From the human T2T-CHM13v2.0 reference genome, Homo sapiens, in assembly GCF_009914755.1 (NCBI RefSeq), contig NC_060933.1: a DNA stretch of 64,000 nt, one strand, 5' to 3'. Shown here one piece after another: positions 29,870 through 42,892 of the stretch. Below the pieces are notes generated by a model. It saw only the letters and a list, made by a program, of their open reading frames with translations. It had not been told where the DNA came from and made no database searches. A program made the translations under genes and the position numbers. Numbering within the stretch: the first letter of the stretch is position 1; each line of letters starts with the position of its first letter.

Positions 29870-31535
29870 AAAACATAATATTAAATGTAAATGTACCATC
29901 TTAACCATTTTTAACCGTACAGTTTAGAAGTGTTAAGTATATTCACTTCGTTATGCAACAGATGTGTAGAACTTTTTCATCTTGCAACCCTGAAACTCTA
30001 TTTCTTTCCACCAGCCCTTGGTAACCACCTTTCTACTTTTTGTTTGTATGATTTTGATACTTTAGATATGTGATATAAGTGAAATCACACAGTAGTTTTC
30101 TTTCTGTAGCTGGGTTATTATGCTTAGCATAGTGTCTTAGTAGTTCATCCATGTTGTGGCATTAACAGATTTCCTTCTCTTTTAAGGCTCATAATATTCC
30201 ATTTTATATATATACTACAATGTCTTTATTCTTCCATCCGTGGACTTTTAGGTTGCTTCTACCTCTTGACTATTGTGAATAATGCTGTGATGAACATAGG
30301 TGTGCAAATATCTCTTCAGGATCCTGCTTTGAATTCTTCTGTATATCTTAGCAAGGCATGGTGGCATGTGACTGAAGCCCCAGCTACACAGGAAGCTGAG
30401 GCAAGAGGATCACTTGAGCCCAGAAACTGAAGGCTGCAGTGAGCTATGATTGCACCATTGCACTCCCATCTGGACAAGAGAACAAGACCCCCATTCCTTG
30501 CCCCAGAAAACTTATTTTGTGTATGTACCCAGAAGTTGGTTTGCTGGATCATGTGGTAATTCTATTTTTAATCTTTTGAGTCCATACTGTTTTCCATAAT
30601 GAATATCCCTTTTCACATTCCCCAAAAAGTGGTCAAGTATTCCAACTTATTTTATCTTGATCGATACCTACTATTTTCTGTTCTTTTGTTAGGGACCATT
30701 CTGTTGGTGGGAATTGATATCTCATTGTGGTTTTGATTTTCATTTCCTTGATAATTAGTGACGTTGAGCATCTTTTCATGTTTTTCAATAACTATACAGT
30801 TTTTCATGTTTTTCATGTTTTTCAATAACTATACAGTTATTGGCCAACTGTATATCTTCCTTTGAAAAATCTCTAAGTCCTTTGCCCAATTTTTAATCAG
30901 GTTATTTGGTTTTTTGTTGTTGACTTGTAAAAATTCCTTATATATTCTAGATATTATCCACTTAACAGATATGTGATTTACAGTTGTTTTCTTAAATTTT
31001 TTAGGTTGCCTTTTAACTCTGTTGATTGTTTTGATGTCCGGAAGTTTTTAAGTTTGATGTAATCTTATTTGTCTATTTTCTGTTGTTGTGCCTGTACTTT
31101 GGATGTCATAGCCAATAAATCATTGCCCAAAGCCAATGTCCTGTAGTTCTTCCCTATGTTTTCTTCTAGGGGTATAAAGATTTTGGGTTTTACATTTAGG
31201 TATTTAATCCAGTTTGAGCTCATTTTTGTGTATGGTATTATGTAAGAGTCCAAATTCTTCCTTTTACATGTGGAGATCCATTTGTTGAAGAGACTCTCTT
31301 TCCCTCATTGTGTAATCTTGACACTCTTATCAAAAAGTATTTGGTCATACATGCAAGGGTTTATTTCTGGGCTCTCTATTCTGTTCCATTGGTCTATATA
31401 GCTATCATTATGCCAGTACTACACTGTCTTAATTACTGTTGCTTTGTAGTATATTTTGAAATCAGGGAGTGTGAGGTCTCTAACTTTGTTCTTCTTTTTC
31501 AATATTATGTTGGCTATTCAGTGTACCTTGAGAGT
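29870..31535 (-). mobile_element. L1MA/L1MB 3' region with ORF2 C-terminal remnant
   Basis: ORF 31065-31253 (SYIIPYTKMSSNWIKYLNVKPK...LEENIG...LGNDLLAMTSK) resembles L1 ORF2; 3'UTR accatcttaaccattttta. Confidence 0.88.
30348..30497 (+). mobile_element. FRAM / AluJ right monomer inside L1
   Basis: ttagcaaggcatggtggcatg...gaggatcacttgagccc...ggctgcagtgagctatgattgcacc. Confidence 0.85.
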
Positions 31536-33290
31536 CCACAAAAAATAACATTACATGACTATATTTTTATAATCTAAGATTTTTAATTAATATTTACCTA
31601 TTCTGGATTAATAATATTTTATTTTGTCTGTTCAATAGGTTATTATTCCTTTATCTTTTTGATAATCTTAGACTTACTAATTTTAAAGTCTCTATCTGAT
31701 TGCTCTATTTGGGGTATTCTTTGGCATGAATTATTTCAGTTATTGCATTTATTTGCTGCCTTCTTTTATTGTTATTTTTCCTCATGCACTTTGGAATTTG
31801 TTTTTTATGAGTAATCTTGAATGAGAGTTCTTTCTCTTTTTTTCTCAGCTTATTCCTCCCCATCTGGTAGTTTCAAAGAATCCTCTACCTAGTCCCTGGA
31901 GTCCCCTGTAAAGACTCGTGTCTGACACTGGTCTTTGAGAGTTGTGTTCTGTATTGGGAATATGGAAAATCCAATCATTGAGCCCAGCAGGCAGCTTGGC
32001 ATATTTACTTATGATGTCATTAGTTTTTTCTCTCTGACCACATCAGTTTTGCAACTGAATAAAAACTATATACTTGGGTAGCAGTTGTAGCCTTTATCGT
32101 TCTCTTTACCAGTTTCATGCAGGGGACCCAATTCTTGACTCCAGCCACATATGCAGGACACTTTTTATCATGTGCAGTTTAATTTGTGGCCGTGATGGAA
32201 TCCCACAACCCAATGATCTAAAACTTTAGCCCCTATGTGTTCCTACCACATTTCTTTCCCACAAGATTTCCATCACTTACTCTAATCCCTGTTTAATCAT
32301 TTATGTTCACTTTTTAGCTGGGGGTGGGTGGGCACTTAACTAACACAGGAACTCACAATGCCATCTTCAGGAGATCTGTAAAAGAATTTGGCAGTTGAGA
32401 ATAAAAATATATTACGCTATTCTCTAAGAGGATGGAGAGACGGACGTAGGGGAAACATTTATGTTTAGCAGTTTGACTCAGGAGACTGCTAAACAGTACG
32501 ACTTGTATCAGAGAGAATGACTCTGATCTAACTACATGAAACATCTACCAAAGCAAGTGATATGATGATTGAGCACAACCAACATGAAAAGTTGCCAGGA
32601 CTCTGCCAGAAAAAAACAACTGGCGCATTTATCATGACTAACCTGAGTTCATGAAGAAATCATAAACTGATTGAAAGGACTGAATAAAGTACACTTTTCC
32701 AAAAAAAGTTATATTTATCTTGTGAATTTGCTGTATTGAATGTCATATAAAATGAGATTTATTATTATTTGTGTAATATTCCCAAAATATTATGTTTTGG
32801 TAACCAGAGGGTATCTAAAATCTATAAGCATCGTCGTAGATTCAATGTACACATTACTGAATCTATTTAGTTACTGGTTCAAAATAATGGTGTCTTCGAT
32901 ATTTAATAAAAAGTACTTGAATGGACTTATAAGTCGTGGCTGAAATTTTGAGAGTCCTAATTAAGAATTACTTTTATTCTTAAGAAATAATAATAAGAGC
33001 TGATTACCTTTAACTTTTGGTAATAATTACCTGCATATGTTGCCTATGGTGAGTGTAATTTTCTTTACATCAAATAGATTATTTTAATTTTCAACAAAGA
33101 AATGTTTCCAATTTTATCCAAATCCAACCTCCTCTCCTAAGATGAAATCCTCCTTTCTCTAGTTTTGCGATAGTGTTTTTCAAGGACATTTTACGAAGAG
33201 TACATCATAATAGTCTTCAGGGATATCAGTCTATCTGGTATTCAACCTGGATTAAACAGCCCCGAACCTTCATCTTAATTTCTTCCCTTA

Positions 33291-33962
33291 CATTCCGATA
33301 TGTCCCACACGATTTAAGAAACAGCTTTAAGTGATACTGCTGCTGCTACTGGTGGTTTTAGTTCAGCTGTTTCAGTTTGATGGAAGCACACTAAATTAAC
33401 TCTGAATGGAGACAGTAAAATTAATTCTCACTGTACCCCTCAGCCATCTCCAACTATAGCAGGCACTGGCATTTGGAATACAATTTTTTTCTGTCCCGCA
33501 AAAATCTTAGTGCCCAGCCTCAGGAATGCATTCCCCATAGAGACAAACGTATCTCCATCTCAGCTGTACTCTTTGATCTTACTACAATTTGGTACACCAC
33601 TGCTTGTGTCAGTTAATAGGTTTAAAACCCTTCCTCCTACATTCCTAAAGACAATTTGATATGAATGTGTTTACAGAGGCAGGGTGATTGTGAGCTTAGA
33701 TACAAGAATACTGGTTATCACTTTCAATCTTACCTCCAACTTAGGCTATGACTTCTGGGAATGACTTAAGCCTTCAAGAGGAACACACCTGCAGTTAGGC
33801 TTGCTTTACATTCCTGCTCTGCAGTGGGGGTTCATTAGTGTCAGGGCCACTCAGCATTCCTCTACAAAAACAGGATTCTAATTTCCACAAATCTTTGTAT
33901 CCCAGAGAGGCAGCGGGAGAAGTAGGAAGATGTGAGGCAGAACAAGAATAATGAGTGAGTCA
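33291..33962. promoter_or_regulatory. Candidate TEAD/AP-1 enhancer
   Basis: CATTCC/GGAATG at 33291, 33523, 33529, 33640, 33758, 33809, 33855 and TGAGTCA at 33956 in apparently non-repetitive DNA. Confidence 0.5.
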
Positions 33963-36179
33963 CTAAAGGAAATGTTAGAAGGCAGAGCCAGCAGTAGATA
34001 CTTGTGTAGGGTTCAGCTATGTACAGCTCTACTATTTCAGTCATGGATCCATAGTTTGGAAGGCTGCCTGAATTTCTTGGGATCACTTAAGCAGTACCAC
34101 TTGTTCTATTCTTTTACCTCCATAAATATCTTCATCATTGTTCTATTCCTACTTTACCTATATCCTGTCATCGCATTTTGTCTGTCTTCATCCCAAACAA
34201 CTGATGGACTATGTGGTTAGCATGGTTGTCCAATATAGTAGCTGTATTGCCCTTTGCTTTCCACAAATGCAAGACCGAATTTATAGTTATCATTAGGACT
34301 TTCTATTAATATACATAAGAACATGATTATGTTATACAAATTTACTGCTATTTTATATTTCAAAACTATAAATTGAAAAATGTATACGCCCAATCAAAAT
34401 ATCCAGAAGAGGCTTACATTTAAATGGAGACCTATTCTAACTCTCAACTTTTGGTTTAGAAAATCAGCTACAATCTGGCACAACAGAGGAGTCAGTTGCT
34501 TCCCACATGTGGACCCACTACTGGCTGGCTCAACTAGAAGTTTCAGGTGTAGCCATTTCAGCTATAGCAGAGTCCTATAAACCAGATTTTGAGACATAGC
34601 CTAAGATCACCTATTTACACTTGTCATATTGTAGTAAATGTCATGCACATGTTAAGAAATGACAGAATCATTCAAGTGACATCTTCTTACCAGAAAGATA
34701 ACTTATCAAAGTTAGTTTCTGAAACAATCAATTTATCTTTAGCTTCAACCCAATAGCCTCAGTAACAATGCCCTTTTAGGTAGGAAATACCATGACATTT
34801 GATCTAGTCATGGAGGCATCATATCTGAATTCACTTCAAAGAAGAAATGATTAAATACTTCCTTTACCAGAAAAAGTAGAATTGAATTACTGCTCACAAA
34901 AATGAAATTATGGTCGATGAACTAATTGGCTTCCAAGATTTCCTTATGGAGAAATGACGGAAGGGATGAAAAATTCACATACACTACCCAAAAGAATAAC
35001 TAAGTTCTCACTGCAGATGAGCTAAGGGATGTGGGTAATGTTTAAATGAATAATTTGACAATATAAACTGTCATTGAAGGGTCTACATTAAATTGTCATT
35101 AGAATAGCTTCTTGTTATTGAGCAACACTTTTATGAAGAAAATAAATATCACATGGAGAATCACAATCAAATGGAGAAATAGTATTATACTTTGTAAATC
35201 TCAAGATACCGTCTCAAGAGAGGTTTATTGTAATATTTTTAGAAGGTCAGGGCAGCAAAATGCACACTGTCTTCTATTAACAGCTATTAGATAACAAACT
35301 CAGGAAAAGCCACACAAACAGTTTCAGACAGGTCTGTTGATGCTAGAACAAAAGGGATCTTTAAAACTCAACTGTTTGCGAAAAACTATTGCTTCTTTTC
35401 AACAATTGCCTCTCCAGTATCCTTATGGTTTGAAAGTTCTGTTTAAATAATTATTGTAATTAAAATTGTATAGCTGGATTACTGATTATAAAAGAATTTT
35501 CTCTTTGATTGGGTAAGTTTTTCAGAGGACAGTGTGAACTCAAACTAAATCACTAATAGTTCTGTTTGGGAAAAAGTAAGAAATTAAAGCAAATATATTA
35601 CTCCAAATATCAGTTTGGTCAATAGTTTCAACATTCTTTATAAAGCATTATATCTTGCCAAAGACAAGAAACATTAATGACACATACTGATGTCTATTTT
35701 TATTTCCATATGTAGCATTTATCTCAACCCAAGATTAAGCCTCAGGAGGAAAAGGAAAAGCCATATTCCTGAATCAACAACTGACTCAAGTTCTTGAGGA
35801 TTAGCTATGACAACTGAAACAGATTAAAAACTCTAGAGTGTTAAAATGCAAAATGTACCCCAAAGTCAAATGAGAATCTTTATAAGCTAACATAATTACC
35901 ACCTAATGCAGACTGCAAAACAACTTACAAATCAGTAAATGACATTACCTTCTGCAAAATGTTCAAGCCCAAAGCACAAGAACCATTGTGGAGGCCTCTA
36001 TTGGCCTCAATCTTCAAATCATTATCTCCAATCTACCAGCAAGTCCTGATGGCAACACTTAAAATTATGCTCCTCATTGGTTCACTTCTTTCGATTCCCA
36101 TGACACTACTTTAATACAGGCTACTATTATCTTTCATCTGCTCTATGGCAATAACCACGCCCCTATAATTCATTCTCTA

Positions 36180-36653
<474 letters not shown>

Positions 36654-36831
36654 TTATTTTTCTCCTTGCTCTCCAGCCATTCTGGTCTCCTAAATCCTGA
36701 GAGATTTTACCTTTAATGCTCTCTCTCTCTCTGGAAGGCATTTCCTGATGTTCATTAACTAGCTTAACTCCCTCTCATCAGGAATGAGCTCAAGCCTTGC
36801 TTTTCCAGATAAACTGTTCTTGTGTTACTAC

Positions 36832-37199
36832 TGTATTAGTCTGTTCTTGTGTTGCTATAAAGGATTACCTGATACTGGGTAATTTATAAAGAAAATATAT
36901 TTAATTGGCTCACAGTTCCACAGGCCATACAGGAAGCATGGCTGGGTAGGCCTCAGGAAACTTACAATCATGGTGGCAGGAGAAGAAGAAAGAAGCACCT
37001 CTTACATGGCCCAAGCAGGAGGAAGAGAGAGAAGAGGGAGGTACACTTTTAAACAATCAGATCTCGTAAGAATTCACTCCCTGTCATGAGAAGAGCAAGG
37101 GGGAAATCTGCCTCCATGATCCAATTACCTCCCATCCCCAATATTGGGCATTACAATTCAACATGAATTTGGGTGGGAACACAGATCCAAACTATATCA
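36832..37199 (-). mobile_element. MaLR solo LTR, MSTA-like
   Basis: tgtattagtctgttc...ttgctataaag...cctcaggaaacttacaatcatgg...acacagatccaaactatatca; TSD (a/g)ctac. Confidence 0.9.
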
Positions 37200-37618
37200 G
37201 CTACTCTCCCAAATAGCCTTTGAAATTATACTCTAGCACAGCTTCCATTAGCAATCACTTACTTGCCTCTTTTCTCACTAAAATGCGGGCTCCAAAAATA
37301 AAGGTAACATCTCAATATTTTATTATTTATTCACTCATTTCACAAATAATTCTACTAATTGTCACACATTATTCTAGGTCTAAGGAGGAAGTAATAAAAA
37401 GTCTATACTCTTGAGTTTTTATTTTACTTGGAGAAGACAAAAATAAATACTTAAAAAATCTCAAAAACAACAGCAGTGAATAAAAATTAAAGGAGAATAA
37501 AAGGATAGTGAAAGATGGAAGTATGGAGGGAGTATATAGATAAGGAAGGCATTTTTGAAGAGGTGACTTTTGAGCAGAGATTGAATGAAGTACGAGAGAA
37601 AGCCATGGAAAGATCTAG

Positions 37619-37994
<376 letters not shown>

Positions 37995-39699
37995 AAGTAT
38001 AACTGTCTTACATATCCTATTCACTGCCAAATCTCCAGGGCCTCACACAGGGTCTACTATACTCAATAACATTTGTTATATTCAATAAATATTTGTTGAA
38101 TTAATGAATGAGAAATAATTCCATAAAGGTTTATTAAATGAATGAGAAACTTTAGATGTGGTTCTTAGTATTCTTTATCAAAAGTAGATGCCTATCAAAG
38201 TGAGTAATTCTTAGAGCAAACTCTGTGTGCAAAAAAGAACACACGTAGACAATTATCTTAAAAATGAGAGACTAGTTATATTAGCATGCTGCAGACCCAG
38301 TGGTGTAGAAGATTGCAAGAGTAATAATGAAAGCATTTAGACAGGCATGCTAGTCTAAAATCTGATAAAATGATTTAACCATGTTCACCAGTGTAGTCAA
38401 ATAAAAATTTTCAGCTGTTGTAACAAGCCATCAATCAAACTGATAAAAAATTATTAGACTTACTCTAAGGATTGCTGGATTACCAGCAGAAAAAAAAGAC
38501 CTTTTGTCCTTTTGTGGGTTCATTTTTGTTGCTTTTTGATAGAATTAGTCTTCTAGTTTGTATGGATTGTGAGTTGAAGAATAACAGTAAAAGATCATAG
38601 TATTTGGTCAGGTCTTTGAATTTAAAACAATACAGAAGATAGCCTGTATAATTTTAAGTAATATAAATTACGTAAATTTAATGATTTAAACTTAAATCAT
38701 TACTCAAAAATGTATTTTTGAGTAATTATTACTCAAAAATGTATTTCATGATGAATACTGCTTTTTTGTATCTTAAAAGATTTTCAGATTTTTAATCTCA
38801 TTTTGCTATATGGTTAAATTCATCCATTTCCATAGTATCAACCACTGTTACAAATGAGGGCATCAAATTCTGTTACATTGTACAGATAATCTAAATGTCA
38901 CCAAAAACAGGTACACATTTGCTTTTTCAACTTTTATATCCATTGTTTTTCTTTGACTCTCAACCTTTTTAAAAGTCAGATCCTTGTTCTTGGATGGCTT
39001 TTTCCCCTGTCCCAATGCCAAGCCTTCTAGATTTCAATTTCTGCTAAAATTTTAGCTAGTGTAGTGGATGCAAAGTGAACCCTCACTGATGGATTGATTA
39101 ACTATCAAGCTGCCCAATGTCTTCTTTACATGACTTTTTAGGTTCTTTGGGAGGGTGAATAAGTCCTTTCTCTTATTTATTGATAATTGCCACTGTAATG
39201 CTTAGAAATGAAATTCCTACTGATATATTATTTTGATTCACTAGCATCAGGTACTCTCAACCGTAATGTCTTCCTTTTATTTTTTTAAAACAACACAGAC
39301 AGTAACCTGTGTCATAGACATTATTTCCACTTTTTCCCATATCTCACTCACTGTATATCTCTGCCAAAGATTAACTTACATGGGGAGTAAACTCTCCACT
39401 AAACTGAGCAGTGATTCTCCATATTAAAGGAACTTCCTTTTTCCCAAAACCATATTAAATTTGCTTATTCATAGAGGAGAAATTCCCCCTGAAATATTCT
39501 ATTTATACTTTTAGCTATGCCCTTTTAGGCTGTGTTTGTGCTGTCTCACTTTAATTTTCTCTGGAGCTAAAAATAAGTCAGAAAACTGTCCCACATATTC
39601 CATATTTCTATAGTGCTCATTTCTTATAACTTTGTCTTTCCCCTTACCTGATGCCTTCTGAAATCTTCTCCTATTAGGAATATTATTTGAGCAGTGCTT

Positions 39700-39880
39700 T
39701 GCATACATCTCATTTGATCCTCAGACACATCCCAGGGTAAATGCCGTTTCAGTCTCCAATTCACAATGTAAAAACTGAAGAAATGTTGAATGACTTGCCC
39801 AAGGTCACCCACCAATGATGGAGTGGAGCTGAGACTTGAGCATGGATCCTTCTGATGTGAGATCCAAAGTTATTCAGCTG
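39700..39880 (-). mobile_element. MIR SINE
   Basis: atctcatttgatcctca...aaactga...tgacttgcccaaggtcac...ggagctgagacttga. Confidence 0.75.
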
Positions 39881-40049
39881 TGCCCAAACATTTTAGACCA
39901 GTACATACCTCTTATTCACCCAGTTTTTTCTCATTGGTTCTTGTTTTCATGTAACTCATGACATCTTTTTAAAATTATGCTTTTATCCTATACATAACTG
40001 GAAGATATGCACACTAGTGTAATACTTTAATATTTTACACTGTATTCTT

Positions 40050-41950
40050 CCAGAAACAGATGGGTAATAATGTACCTGTTTCTTTGTAATTTTCTTTTTT
40101 ATTAATGACTGTGACAGTTTCCCATGGCCTAGTATTCATGTCATTTTAAATGTCTTTTGTAGATTCTTCTTTCTGTGGTTCTTTAACAATTTATTTAGCC
40201 AATTTTCAACTTGGGGACAGCTAGTCTGTCTCCAATTCTTTGGTATTTTAAACCATTACAACAGTCTCCTGGTTCCATATGTGTACTCATCCATAAACCT
40301 TTTGTTAGGATATGTTCCTTGAAAAGTAATGTTTTATTCACAGCATGATGAAAATCAGCCAAATAGCTCTCCAGAAAATGTTGCCAATCTACTCTTCCAA
40401 AAGAACCATAGATGTATGTACATGTTTACTGTTCTCCAACATTGGATATTATAACTTAAAAATTATTGTCCAGTTTGATAATCACAACAAAGAGAATTGT
40501 TTTTGTTTTCTTTTGTGTTTTCTTTTTTTAGAGTCAAACTGGATTTTTTCATGTTGATTTATAATTTTTCAAGTTGCCTGTGATATTTCATAAATGATTT
40601 TCTTAAGTATTGAGAGGAATGTGTGTATGATGTGCAAACATTTTTCTAATTTATCTTCAGCTATAAAATATGTTCAATAGCAATTTTCACTTACAAGAAT
40701 TTGGGTTTTTTTTGGTTTTTGGTTTTGTTTTTTAAACCTAGAAATGTTTTTTATACTATATGGTATTGGTGTCCTAATTAGAAAGCATTTCCACTCCCCA
40801 AGGTTATATAAATATTCAGACATATTTTTCATTTATATTAATGGTTTTGCTATTTGTGTGTATATTTAAATTACTTTGGCTTGTTTTGAAGCAAGGCTTT
40901 GACTTCCTTTTTCCTTTCCTCTAAGGGTCAGCCAATTGCCTCAACAGCATCTGGTGAATAATTCTCTTCCCTATCAATTTAAAATAGCATAATAATCAGG
41001 CCCCAAAACTTTATCAGTACTTGGATTTGTTCATGGATTCTTAATACTTTCATTTTTCCTTTGTTGTACGTAGGGTAGGGTAAGTTCAACATTACACTTT
41101 TTTTTTTTTTTTTCCCCCAATCCAGAGGGCAAATCTTCTCTCAGGGCTCATCTTCCTTGAAAGTTCCATTGCTCTTTCCAAGCAAAGAGTTGTCCAAATG
41201 AGCAGTACAATGATTGCTTTATCTTACAAAAATATTATTCTGTAGACTTCTTTGGGGAGAATCAACATCTTTATGCTAAGTATCCCCACCAAATAGCATG
41301 ATATGTTTCTCCATTTATTCAGACACTCTTCTGTAAAGTTTCTTTTGAAACCAATGCGTATGTTACATACTGAAAAATGCATTTACATGTACACTGGTGT
41401 AAATGGAAACATTTCAAAGTTATATTTTCAAACTGACTTTTGTGTATTTATTTTGTGGTCAGCTACTTTCCTAAACTTTTTTATTAGTTCTAATACTTTT
41501 AATGAATTGTTTACATTTCTAACAATCAAATCATCTTCAAGCAATAATAATTTAGGATCTTTCTTTATGGTTATTTGTATCTTTTTTTCTCTTATGAAAC
41601 AGAATCAATCTTCCAGAGCAACAGTATGTCATATATATTTTCTTATTTTAATGGAATGTTTGAAAAGTGCAAAGTACTATTGGTGTAAGAGATATTCTTT
41701 ACTAAGGTAGTCTTCTATTATTTTCAATTTACTTAGAGTTTTTTAATTCAGGATGAATTTCACTTTACTCGAATTTTTGGCCTAGCCATATGTTAAATTA
41801 TGTGAGTGAAGCTCTTTGCATCAAACTCTCTTTTCAGTTTTAGAATTAACTATAATTGGTCATGCTGTGTTGTTCTTTAGTTTACACTGTTAGATTTGTG
41901 TTAATTTATGACTTTTACATCTTTAAATTTAAGTGCAACTGGTATCTATT
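40050..41950 (-). mobile_element. Very old L1ME-type fragments
   Basis: T-rich; gccaaatagctctccagaaa, ccccaaggttatataaatattc, tgacttttgtgtattta...tttattagttctaata. Confidence 0.55.
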
Positions 41951-42094
41951 TTCCCCTTTTTGTGTATCACGTCTTTATCACCCTAATGTTATCTGTATGA
42001 AATAAATTAAGATATAATTTCTGTCTGTCAGTGTGTGTGTGTGCATGTGCGCCCACAGGTGCATGCCCTCCAGAATTGTCTAGCTCTACATCTG

Positions 42095-42890
42095 TTTTCA
42101 AAGAGTGCCCAAACTGTGGAAGTGGGAAAGGGAGATCACCCGCCCCCAAACACACACCCCCACTGCTGAACCTGAAGATCTAGATTACAGGAGATGATTC
42201 TGACCTTTCCTGGAACTGAGTCATTTTAAAGAGCCGAATGAAATATAGGGATAGAGGAAGCAGCAGCAAAAGCCTTGTGGGCTCCCTGGGTCCCCTAGCA
42301 AGGCATTTCTGCTTTGCCTCACAGGGGTCCTTGATGCGGGCTGCCAGAGACACTAGGAAAAGGCCACAGGAAGAAGGAAACCTCCACCTGAACTTTTTAA
42401 CAATTTGAACCAATTGAAAACTCTCCTAACCAGAACTCAGGGGAGGGCGTAAATCTGGTGTGCAGACTCCACAGGCAGGGGAAGAACAAAAGCCCTGCTT
42501 GCTTTCGCAGCTGGGAGGTGGGTAGCCTGGGAAGGTTCTCAGCCCTGCTCACCCACTGCCTGGAAACAGACTTGGTACTGTTGAGTGGGGCAGGGGCACG
42601 ATGGGAGTGAGACCGGCCCTTTGGGTTGCATGGGAGCTGGGTGAGGCCTGTGGCTGCCGGCTTTCTCCCACTTCCCTGATGGCCTGTGTGACACAGTAGA
42701 GGCAGCCATAATCCTTCTAGGAACATAACTCCATTGAACTGGGAACCACACCCCCATCCCCCACGGCAGTCACAGCAAGACTCACCCAAGGAGAGTCTGA
42801 GCTCAGACACTCCTAGCCCTGCCCCGACCTGATGGTCCTTGCCTACTCACCCTGGTATCTGAATACAAAGGGTACGTACTCTTGGGAGTT
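42095..42890 (+). mobile_element. L1PB-type 5'UTR fragment
   Basis: GC-richer block: tgcagactccacaggcagggga, gcagctgggaggtgggtagcctgg, gggagtgagaccggccc, ggagagtctgagctcagacac. Confidence 0.75.
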
Positions 42891-42892
42891 CC

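Noticed and set aside
32318-32707. Processed pseudogene (AATAAA followed by A7)
   Set aside because: No TSD, and no frame resembles a protein I recognise; kept only as a terminal-exon candidate
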